Part shown: one piece after another, positions 19,401 through 26,539 of the stretch
Layout of the letters: each line of letters starts with the position of its first letter
How positions within the stretch are numbered: the first letter of the stretch is position 1
Source of the DNA: Candidatus Woesearchaeota archaeon CG10_big_fil_rev_8_21_14_0_10_44_13
Lineage (GTDB): Archaea; Nanobdellota; Nanobdellia; Woesearchaeales; UBA12501
DNA length: 64,000 nucleotides
NCBI GenBank assembly: GCA_002762985.1
Contig: PCXZ01000034.1
Coordinates: 8,431 to 72,430 of the forward strand
Reading direction: 5' to 3'
Position numbers and translations under genes: made by a program
Notes under the pieces: generated by a model
Database searches by the model: none
Seen by the model: the letters and a program-made list of their open reading frames with translations, nothing else
Told to the model about the DNA's origin: nothing

Positions 19401-19702
19401 AATACTTCACATTCCCCAAGGTGAAAGATATAATGGTGAATGCGGATGAGTATGAGATGATAATACAGTCCATAAGGGATGATATTGACTGCGGGTTCTC
19501 GGAAACGCCGGGATTGAGCGTCAGCCAGATGGTACCCATGGCCTGTGAAAAAGGCGGCCTTGAAGGCACATACCAGTGCAGGCATAAGGTCAATGTCCAG
19601 AATAACATGCTCTTTGAGATAGCATGCAGAGGCAGATTCCAGGAAGAGAAAAGGAACACAGCAAAAGAGAGCGCAGTATTGAGCTATCTAAACCTTCCTT
19701 GA
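16436..19702 (+). CDS. giant Cys-rich secreted protein, paralog A (1088 aa), with a class-III/type-IV-pilin-like signal peptide
   Basis: N-terminal ...KSKKAQLAAFIIIGILVLAMAG. Paralogous to 26540..30277 through shared blocks (RHYKGSCINGKIYYTECRDYREEICLE, VCRPNRWQDC, CTEYKCRSLGQTCTYEEVNGIGFCY, CIDKAGNENTEDL). It has more than 60 cysteines. Confidence 0.7.
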   Translation: MDLDIRGFCPGKSKKAQLAAFIIIGILVLAMAGAILYLVTSAKKTEAELIVEKGMEVSLDETKIREYITACIQKEGRGLVDKIGLQGGTLNLDQFRYYFNMKYNYHCYAQDGFVCVNRLVTRNSMAQELNAALKNSLKKCVNFENFRKQGYDVKEQDMDVKTIVGVDDVDFEVIYPITISKDNNEVILKDFSEKVDSRLGLMYDLAVKIVYHHSMGGEFDEDRWMLEHGQISISKHKPYPDIIYSLSIRDAATKKEESFNFAIKGRYSIYEIGQPTKTLVSKGYCRTKDNNCYVNVDQGDCAKSLGEWSNAPFQDAQCRGMGTMPEPECKGDECKNCGKRENGESWCEYEGIVSPGFSLVGSRHYKGSCINGKIYYTECRDYREEICLENTDIDVPKAVCRPNRWQDCAEQGNEEDCMDNSARDCWWSGWLELNRQGKCLPYIPPGFAHWQQNGQEVCAMANEQYDCGYYTCGKSWVDSSAIYCYNMGDCGNYRNTEDEITKQGFFNFDSTPSDYVYLTDDQLKTEMKPKLKMEAAYAPVLDGKEYENPHGTINELINNEVRYFDEVSNWRFEDFRTNYLLTGKIYIHVLQTALCMPWQAPYKGDDCKECGSLNRPCTEYKCRSLGQTCTYEEVNGIGFCYDYSEKDDIPPKIFFDGVVFGDVKIERDVFGKTVGYKFSKPLEPNTIVVFSINATEPVKCKVTSLPQPEFDQIPLPAPGTFQDYYTFVDIVPKAPDFRIGLMKSLGVNNFLELGTFETYDDKFKKIIYDARKFVKEFKGGMNKEFAEQNIQRLENMWNDDIAPNIKKAFENLGDTLRDVAVQTEQGNKLVFFKCIDKAGNENTEDLFIKYRIGKDESAPVLMAALPVNNTNISSFGNLSLYTNEPANCRFAGSDMPYDSMPLKTETECTLPLMIGAFKLYECTPRDINASSDIRTNIYVRCKDNPLKVERYIFNLTKGDALIHLFPENAMTIDLRENDRIINLTMEFEQYFTFPKVKDIMVNADEYEMIIQSIRDDIDCGFSETPGLSVSQMVPMACEKGGLEGTYQCRHKVNVQNNMLFEIACRGRFQEEKRNTAKESAVLSYLNLP

Positions 19703-20422
19703 TTTCACAAGATAGATTGCCGATGAAACTGCAAATACCACTATGCTTACCCACTGTGAAAATGTAAGGCCCAGATAGTTGAATGGGTATTCCCTCAAGA
19801 ACTCTATCATGAATCTCCCTGCTGAGTAGACCATAAGGTATTTCAGGAATATCTGGCCGAAGAATCTCCTATTGTGCCATCCGGAATAAAGATGGGCGAA
19901 CAGAACGATGTTGAAAAATGAGAGGTAAAGGCCGACAGGATGTCTTGCAGTGCCGTCAGGAAGCTTGACTGCCCACCATACGCCTGTTATCCTGCCCAAT
20001 GCGTCATTCACAAAGAAGCACCCTATCCTGGCGAAGAAGATCTCCAATGGGATCGCCATGCCCCAGAAATCCAGATGCTTCCAGAAATTATAACGGTTTA
20101 TTCTTGTGTAGACATACCCCAATAAGATTCCGCCGAACAACCCCCCATAAAAGACAAAGCCCCTGTTGAATATGCCTAAGATGCCGGCGCTGCTGCATGC
20201 TTCGTAAGGCCCGATATAGAACAGCAGTTTAGAGCCCAGCCATGCCCCTGCAAAGACCCACAATGATTCAATTATCATTATCTTCGGATGGATCTTCTGC
20301 CTGCGGCCCATGCGGATCAGGAACAGCACACCTACCGCCATGCCTATGAAAGCGAAAAGAGAATGGGGGGGCGTCTTTATCAGCCAGAATTCCCACATCT
20401 CCTTCGGGATTAAAGGGATCAT
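19688..20422 (-). CDS. prolipoprotein diacylglyceryl transferase (Lgt) family protein, paralog 2
   Basis: FARIGCFFVNDALG...RHPVGLY aligns with the Lgt G-R-x-G-N-F-x-N and HPxQLY regions. The start is taken at the ATG (MIPLIPKEMW), which matches the paralogs' MIPYEI/MIEYEM starts. Confidence 0.75.
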   Translation of the reverse strand: MIPLIPKEMWEFWLIKTPPHSLFAFIGMAVGVLFLIRMGRRQKIHPKIMIIESLWVFAGAWLGSKLLFYIGPYEACSSAGILGIFNRGFVFYGGLFGGILLGYVYTRINRYNFWKHLDFWGMAIPLEIFFARIGCFFVNDALGRITGVWWAVKLPDGTARHPVGLYLSFFNIVLFAHLYSGWHNRRFFGQIFLKYLMVYSAGRFMIEFLREYPFNYLGLTFSQWVSIVVFAVSSAIYLVKSRKV

Positions 20423-20577
20423 TTTAGCCTCCAAAAACCAATAGTGAACATGATGGCGCCTATGGCTGCAATTGACAGGGAGAATGACTTGATTGAGCTT
20501 ATGTGCAGGAAGCCGAAATCGATCAAAAAACCTCCTGCTATGACAAGAGCGAGATTAAGCGTGTTTTTCCCCATCAT
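20419..20577 (-). CDS. 52-aa two-helix membrane peptide (MMGKNTLNLALVIAGGFLIDFGFLHISSIKSFSLSIAAIGAIMFTIGFWRLK), translationally coupled to lgt paralog 2
   Basis: Not in the ORF track because it is under 60 aa. I translated the reverse strand by hand. The TGA stop overlaps the Lgt ATG (ATGA), and the sequence is hydrophobic with Gly-zipper-like GxxxG/AxxxG. Confidence 0.3.
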   Translation of the reverse strand: MMGKNTLNLALVIAGGFLIDFGFLHISSIKSFSLSIAAIGAIMFTIGFWRLK

Positions 20578-20626
20578 CCAAAGAAGTTGCCCGATTTATA
20601 TAAAATAATCGTTTTTCAGGAAGCGG

Positions 20627-21199
20627 TCAGGATGGGTTTACGGTTGTTGCAACGCCATCTTGGATCGGTTGCGTGTTGCTGGAGCTGCCAGAGGTCTGCT
20701 GTACGTTCTCTTTCGCACCCCCCCCAGCGCAAGACGAGCAGCTGTCGCAGTTGATGACGCCCAGCATGTATAGGAGAAGCAGGACAAGGATGATTATTAT
20801 GACGGCGATTATGACCCAGAATAACAATGATCCTACAAAACCTGCTGTTGACGCTACAGCAGCAGCATCTAATGAGCCTTTGACTGCTACTCCTGTTGAT
20901 CCTAAAGTACCGCTCGAAGTTGATGAAACTGCGGAAAGAGATGAGGTAATTGAAGTGATTGATTGGCCAGCAGTCAAAGTTGTAAGGGTAGCAGTTTCAA
21001 CAAACGCTCTCACTCCTCTAGCCAATAGGGGGATTATAATAGCAGCGCATATTATCGCCAGCATTGTCATTTTCCTGACATTAAACTTTCTTTTCGGAGG
21101 CTCTTTCTTCAGCTTCCTTTCAGAGCTCTTGTGCCTGAAGACAGTCTTCTTTGAGAATAAACCAGGCTTAACGTCTCTTTTGAAGGATATTACGTGCAT
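20627..21199 (-). CDS. S/T-rich two-pass membrane protein ending in a C-terminal Cys motif (NCDSCSSCAGGG)
   Basis: Codon usage (AGG/AGA/AAG) matches the known genes better than the overlapping + strand ORF. A signal-anchor (alternative start MTMLAIICAAIIIPLL at 21070) is followed by a Ser/Thr low-complexity segment and a second TM, then the CDSCSSC tail. It is the middle gene of the rSAM - this protein - peptide - lgt minus-strand string. Confidence 0.35.
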   Translation of the reverse strand: MHVISFKRDVKPGLFSKKTVFRHKSSERKLKKEPPKRKFNVRKMTMLAIICAAIIIPLLARGVRAFVETATLTTLTAGQSITSITSSLSAVSSTSSGTLGSTGVAVKGSLDAAAVASTAGFVGSLLFWVIIAVIIIILVLLLLYMLGVINCDSCSSCAGGGAKENVQQTSGSSSNTQPIQDGVATTVNPS

Positions 21200-21229
21200 G
21201 AGATTGTTATAGCAAGGGAGTATTTAAAT

Positions 21230-22204
21230 TTATTGTATAATCTTCTCCTTCTTCAGGTCAGAGACGCAGTCATGGCAGAACGAAACGCCGTACTTCCTTA
21301 TGCTCTTCTGCCTGCCGTCATAAGTGGCTTTGTCTATCCTCTCGCTCAACTTTGTCCTGTAGTCTGTCTCTAAAAAATGCTTCAGGTCGCCATGCTTCTT
21401 GTATCTGTAATAGCTTAGCTGAGGGATATTGCAGCAGACCCCGAAGCTTCCGTCAGGGAAAACTATGACCCCTCTGTCCAGGACAGAGCATACTTCCTCG
21501 CTGTGGCTGCCTAACCCTAAGAAAATCTGCTTCCCCTGCTCCCTGTACAGCTGAGAGATCCTGTAGGCCATATTGAAATAAAAGTTCATGTCTTCCTCTT
21601 TTGACAGGGTTTCCCTTTCTGTGGCTCCTCCCTGGGGGATTGCCCTGTACAAGGTCAATTTATCTGCGCCTAATTTAGTGAAGATGAAATCTGCTGTCCT
21701 CGGGATATCAGCAAGATTCTCTTTTGTCACGAGAGTTATGAAGCTGGCTCGTGAGGGTCTTGTCATTGCCCATGACCTTAATGCCCCCTCATAGGAGCCT
21801 TTGCCCCTCAATCTGTCATTCTTTTCCTGATCATAAGAATCGAGCGATATGGTGAGAGCCAGCTTCCTTATCCTGGCTAATCTTAGGAAATCGTTTGTTT
21901 TGAGATTGACGCCATTGGTCACAATGTCCATCTCAAATCCCAATGCAGCAGCATATTCGATTATGTCAAAGAATTTGGGATGGGTTGTAGGCTCGCCTCC
22001 TGAAAAGCTGACTGACTTGTACCTGAGCTCTTTCGCCTCTTTCAGCATCTCTTTGGCTGTCTCAAGATCCATTGAGCCTTTCTTCCCCTTGTACAGGCAA
22101 TGCTTGCAGTCCAGGTTGCAGTCGTATGTAAGGAAGATAGAGAGCCACCTGTCAAATCTTGCCCTGGATATTATATCCTCAAGAATCCCCTTCGAAAAAA
22201 GCAT
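21230..22204 (-). CDS. radical SAM enzyme with a SPASM/twitch C-terminal domain
   Basis: CNLDCKHC (CxxxCxxC), SFSGGEP, and C-terminal ...GVCCNIP...FCHDCVSD cysteines. Confidence 0.75.
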   Translation of the reverse strand: MLFSKGILEDIISRARFDRWLSIFLTYDCNLDCKHCLYKGKKGSMDLETAKEMLKEAKELRYKSVSFSGGEPTTHPKFFDIIEYAAALGFEMDIVTNGVNLKTNDFLRLARIRKLALTISLDSYDQEKNDRLRGKGSYEGALRSWAMTRPSRASFITLVTKENLADIPRTADFIFTKLGADKLTLYRAIPQGGATERETLSKEEDMNFYFNMAYRISQLYREQGKQIFLGLGSHSEEVCSVLDRGVIVFPDGSFGVCCNIPQLSYYRYKKHGDLKHFLETDYRTKLSERIDKATYDGRQKSIRKYGVSFCHDCVSDLKKEKIIQ

Positions 22205-22287
22205 TCAGGGCATTAAACGAACATTGTTTATATATTTTTTTGTTGAAAATTGATAATATTAATAAAACAGGGAGGATATCCCAGGAT

Positions 22288-23244
22288 ATGATCCCTTACG
22301 AAATCCACAAGATACTCTTCAAGATAGGGGACAGATTCGCGATCTTCACATGGGGTGTGATGTTCGCAATCGCCTGGATCTTCGCAGGCTATTTCATATA
22401 TATGAATGCGAAGAGCAATAAGGATGTGGATATTAACAAGGCGATGCAGTTCCTGCTTGCAACTTTTGTCGGCGTCCTCTTCGGCTCAAGGCTTTTCCAT
22501 TACTTCGGCCCATGGGGCTATGGAAGCTTCTATGAACGGATAAAACTCATGTTCTCGCCGAAAGGGGGCTGGGTCGCTTACGGAGGGATAATCTTCGGGT
22601 TGGTCTTTTCATATGCGTACTCAAAGATGAAGAAGATAAATTTCCTGAGATACTGCGATATCCTTGCACCGGCGATACCTTTGGGCCTTTTCATGGGCAG
22701 ATTCGGCTGTTTCCTTGCGGGCTGCTGTTTCGGCGCAGAAACCAATGTCCTGTGGGCGATCGAAAGATTCGGGACAACCATCCATCCATCGCAGCTTTAT
22801 GCTGCATTTGCAGAGCTCATCGTCTTCGTTATTATGCTGGAATTGGCCAGGAGGCACAAGGCAGAGAGGAGATATGACGGATATCTGGTCTTCTCGGCGA
22901 TATTGCTCTACTCCATAGCAAGATTCATGACTGAATTCTTCAGGGGGGATTATGGGATTAATGTCTATCATTTCGGATTCACGTTCTCCCAGCTCATATC
23001 GATCATATTGGTCATCTTTTTCGGGACGATGATGCTGCTGAATCAGGGGAAGAGCAGAGGGGCTGTCCCGAAGATAGACAAAGACATGAAATTGAGCTAT
23101 CTGCTCGTCTCCGGCGGAGGCATGCTGAGCATAATCTCGCTGCTGTTCGTCAACATGGACATCGAGATCATGATTGCGCCTTTCGCCTTCGGATTATTGA
23201 TCCTGTTCAGGGGGCTGATGGCCTACACAAGCAGCCATAATTGA
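22288..23244 (+). CDS. prolipoprotein diacylglyceryl transferase (Lgt) family protein, paralog 3
   Basis: Collinear with E. coli Lgt. [13 protein letters not shown] matches [37 protein letters not shown] matches [42 protein letters not shown] matches [24 protein letters not shown] matches IIVEFFRQPD. The start is taken at ATG 22288; the track's TTG start at 22159 reads across a TATA box. Confidence 0.85.
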   Translation: [318 protein letters not shown]

Positions 23245-23313
23245 ACCGGAACCAAAAATCATAAGATTAATATATCCGCTCAAAAAATCCATTGGGATTG
23301 AAAAGGGCTGAAA

Positions 23314-24303
23314 ATGATAGAATATGAGATGCTGAAATATGTCACAATAGGCGGATTAAAGATAGGCTTCTGGTTCACAACACATTATCTCATCGCATGG
23401 CCATTCGCAGCATATTATATCATAAAAGAAACATTAAGGAAAAGAAATTTCGACAAGGGCCTTGATCTTAACAGGATGCTGCAGATGTTCCTCTTGGCTT
23501 TTGTAGGTTCTTTCGTTGGATCAAGGATCTTTGCATTCTATGGTCCCTGGGGCGGAAGTTGTGCAAGCGGGGGGTTTGTAGAAAGGTTCATGCAGATGAT
23601 AAGCCTTGAACAGAAAGGCTGGGTTGCGATAGGGGGGATCATAGGTGGGATCGTCTTCACGTTTGTCTACTCAAAGATCACCAAGTTGAAGTATATGAGA
23701 TATGCGGATATCCTTGCGCCTGCAATAGCTCTCGGATTTTTCATCGCAAGACTGGGATGTTATATCGCCGGCTGCTGTTTCGGCTCCCAGACAGATGTCC
23801 CTTGGGCGATAATAAAAGACAATGTGCCAATACATCCAACACAGCTCTATAACTCCCTGGTAGACCTTGCAATTTTTGTTGTTCTGGTCTGCCTTAGCGA
23901 AAGGAAAGAAAAGAAGAACAGGCAGGATGGCTATGTCTTATCATCGTTCGTGTTCATGTATGCGGTGGGCAGGTTCACGACAGAATTTTTCAGGGGGGAT
24001 TATGACCCTTCAAATTATTTCTTCGGCCTTACGACAACGCAGATAATATGCATTGTATTCTTCCTGATTTCAGCCACATTGATCATAATAAACTCATTGA
24101 AAGAATCCCCGAAAAAGAGGGTAAAGACAGGCTTCCGCATAAGGCCGAAGACCTATGCATTATTGGTTTCAGGAGGCATAATCGCAAACATAGGCGCTTA
24201 TATCATAACCCCTCTGCCTTATCTTGCATTGATAGTCATACCATCGGGCCTTGGAATCTTCTTTTTCGGCCTTACGACAATCTTCTCAAAACCAAAAAAT
24301 TAA
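23314..24303 (+). CDS. prolipoprotein diacylglyceryl transferase (Lgt) family protein, paralog 4
   Basis: [54 protein letters not shown] and [11 protein letters not shown] are the same signature blocks as in paralog 3. Confidence 0.85.
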   Translation: [329 protein letters not shown]

Positions 24304-24321
24304 TAAAGAAGTAATGCCTTT

Positions 24322-25377
24322 TTGCAGATGCAGATGGCAAAAAAGAAGGCTGAAAAAGAAGCGAAAGCGAATAGGATAAGCAAGACAACGATAATTCTTT
24401 ATGCTGCTGTCATATTGATATCAGTCATTTTTCTCAGCGTGATGAGCGCAGGCCAGTCAAGCGGGGGCGGAGGTGGATGCTGTGACTGCAGCGAATGCAG
24501 GTGCATATGCTGCGAGAGCTGCCTGAATTGCGACAAGGGATGCAGGAAAGATTGCGGTTGTATGTCTGAACAATATGCAGGTGTGGTTGTAGTTGATCCT
24601 TATACAAATGCTGCAATGAATGGCAATGATTATTACTGCAAACGCGGAGGACCGCCGCCAGTGCCTCCTGAGCCGCAATGCGATTGTTATGAAACGCAGC
24701 CATGCCCTCTCATAGAAGGGGTATGCAAGCTTGCAAAGGACAAATGCGTGTATGGGACTGCCGGCGTTGCATACACTTGCGAATGGGAAGGATGCGATGC
24801 TGAAGTTTACGGCCCTCTCTACCAGTTCGACGAGGACAAGTGCGACGGAAATGACAATGACTGCGACGGAGACAAGGACGAAGGATGCGATGAGGACAAG
24901 GATGGTTTCTGCAACAATGATCTCGAGTGCAGCTCTGGAAAATACAACTGCGGAGATTCGGAACCGGGAGTCTCTGTAGGGACAGATGAATGCACAGACT
25001 GCGATGACAGCAATCCTTTGGTTCATCCAAGGGCATCCGAAGTCTGCGACGGAATTGATAATGACTGCGATTATGAGGTTGATGAGGGATGCGAATGCAG
25101 CCCGCTAGGAGCAGAGAAATTATGCGAGAACCAGAAAGGGGTCTGCGCAGGCATGAAAAGGATATGCAAATCATGCACAGACATAGAATGTGATGCTGGC
25201 CAGCACAGCAAATGGATAGGGTGCTCTTACAGCTCATCAAAAGTGGAAGGCTATAAGAAGCCTGAAGGCGATTCATGGTACTGTGCAGACAATCTTGACA
25301 ATGATTGCGACGGAAAGACAGACTGCGAAGACTCCGGATGCTTCCCTTACTGCCAGACGCCTATACCAACTTCTTAA
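24322..25377 (+). CDS. membrane-anchored Cys-rich protein with three 'DNDCDG'-type putative metal-binding repeats
   Basis: A TM helix is followed by GGGGGCCDCSECRCICCESCLNCDKGC. The repeats are KCDGNDNDCDGDKDEGCDEDKDGFC, VCDGIDNDCDYEVDEGCEC and YCADNLDNDCDGKTDCEDSGC. Confidence 0.6.
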   Translation: MQMQMAKKKAEKEAKANRISKTTIILYAAVILISVIFLSVMSAGQSSGGGGGCCDCSECRCICCESCLNCDKGCRKDCGCMSEQYAGVVVVDPYTNAAMNGNDYYCKRGGPPPVPPEPQCDCYETQPCPLIEGVCKLAKDKCVYGTAGVAYTCEWEGCDAEVYGPLYQFDEDKCDGNDNDCDGDKDEGCDEDKDGFCNNDLECSSGKYNCGDSEPGVSVGTDECTDCDDSNPLVHPRASEVCDGIDNDCDYEVDEGCECSPLGAEKLCENQKGVCAGMKRICKSCTDIECDAGQHSKWIGCSYSSSKVEGYKKPEGDSWYCADNLDNDCDGKTDCEDSGCFPYCQTPIPTS

Positions 25378-25526
25378 GAGTATTTTTCATTATTTTTCCC
25401 AAAAAAACAATAATGTGCAGATATTGCCCTTCACCCCTCTAAAATGACTAAAAACATTTAAATGGGTATTTAAATATACCCCCTAAAATGCTACAAGAAA
25501 CGTTGCTTTCTTGTGATAAGTAGAAG

Positions 25527-26462
25527 GTGCAGTACATGAACCAGCAGCTTGTGAGTTACATACAGCAGCAGCTAAGAAGCGGCTATGACTTAAACTCAAT
25601 CAAAAGCTTTCTCATCCAACAGGGCTATAATGTGAAGGATGTTGAAGAATCTGTGTCCTTTGTGAACCAGCAGAGGCTTTCTTCCCTTGTCGATTATATA
25701 AGGTCCTCATTGGGCAGAGGCATTGATCCTGACACATTAAGGGCTCAATTATCCTCCTCAGGGTATCCTATGCCTGACATAAATGAAGCATTGTCGAAGG
25801 CGACGAAAAGAGGCTCGAAATTCCCCTCATCAGCAGTTCTCATAATTCTTGTAGCATTGGTTATATTTGGGCCAGGGTTGTTCTATTTCTGGCCTTCCAG
25901 CAAGGCTGGAGGAACAACCGGCCCGGATATAACCGAAACAGGGACTGGCGCAGAAGACCAAGGCATAGCATTCGAAAAAAATCCGACAGTGAGCGCTGAA
26001 ACACCCCCTCCTCAGGAAGAGATAGGACAAGAGGCAGTGCGGGATACAGGAACGGCAGAAGAAGAGGATTTCCAGATTCCTCCTGCAGCAGAGCAGCCCT
26101 CCGCAGAACAGGTTGATTTCGCCTCTGAAACCTCTGATTTCGAAAGCCTAATGGACCGGGCATCGAAAGAGACAGATGCTGAAAGGGCGATGGACATCTG
26201 CAGCAAGGCCGAGAATTCCATGTACAAGGATGCATGCTATGACCAATTGTCAAAATCATTCGATAATTCAGCGATATGCGCAAAGATAGAGGATGAGGAG
26301 ATAAGGGACCAGTGCTATCTCAGGGTTGTGCTCAAGAACAAGGATTACAGCCTATGCGAGAACATCGTCGATTCAAACCTTTACAACTCATGCCTGTCAA
26401 TGCAGAAAACCCCTCCTGCAGAGAACATGACCCTTGATGACCTTGGTGAGATGGGCGTTTAG
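25527..26462 (+). CDS. hypothetical membrane protein: two ~35-aa N-terminal repeats, one TM, an acidic low-complexity linker, and a C-terminal Cys-containing domain
   Basis: The internal repeat is QQQLRSGYDLNSIKSFLIQQGY / IRSSLGRGIDPDTLRAQLSSSGYPM. The TM is AVLIILVALVIFGPGLFYFW. A E/T/G-rich segment follows, then a C-terminal 6-Cys region. Confidence 0.4.
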   Translation: MQYMNQQLVSYIQQQLRSGYDLNSIKSFLIQQGYNVKDVEESVSFVNQQRLSSLVDYIRSSLGRGIDPDTLRAQLSSSGYPMPDINEALSKATKRGSKFPSSAVLIILVALVIFGPGLFYFWPSSKAGGTTGPDITETGTGAEDQGIAFEKNPTVSAETPPPQEEIGQEAVRDTGTAEEEDFQIPPAAEQPSAEQVDFASETSDFESLMDRASKETDAERAMDICSKAENSMYKDACYDQLSKSFDNSAICAKIEDEEIRDQCYLRVVLKNKDYSLCENIVDSNLYNSCLSMQKTPPAENMTLDDLGEMGV

Positions 26463-26539
26463 ACAGGTACATGATTATAGATAATCATATCGCAACCGGA
26501 ATATCACGATCAAAACACAATCAAAAAAGAGCAGATAAG

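Noticed and set aside
20673-21212. + strand 179-aa ORF overlapping the S/T-rich minus-strand gene
   Set aside because: Its codon usage (CGC/CCC/GCG-rich) is atypical for this genome, and its C-terminus is hydrophobic junk. The minus-strand ORF fits the operon context.
22159-22287. N-terminal extension (TTG start) of Lgt paralog 3, and the similar long upstream extensions of 15709, 26471, 47118 and 42778-43137
   Set aside because: The extensions run across TATA-like boxes, and the paralogs begin at conserved internal ATGs (MIPYEI / MIPLIP / MIEYEM). I used the internal starts.
24434-25276. Several minus-strand ORFs (89-189 aa) inside the Cys-rich protein gene
   Set aside because: They are antisense to a GC/Cys-codon-rich gene and read as Cys/His/Arg-rich nonsense with no independent support.
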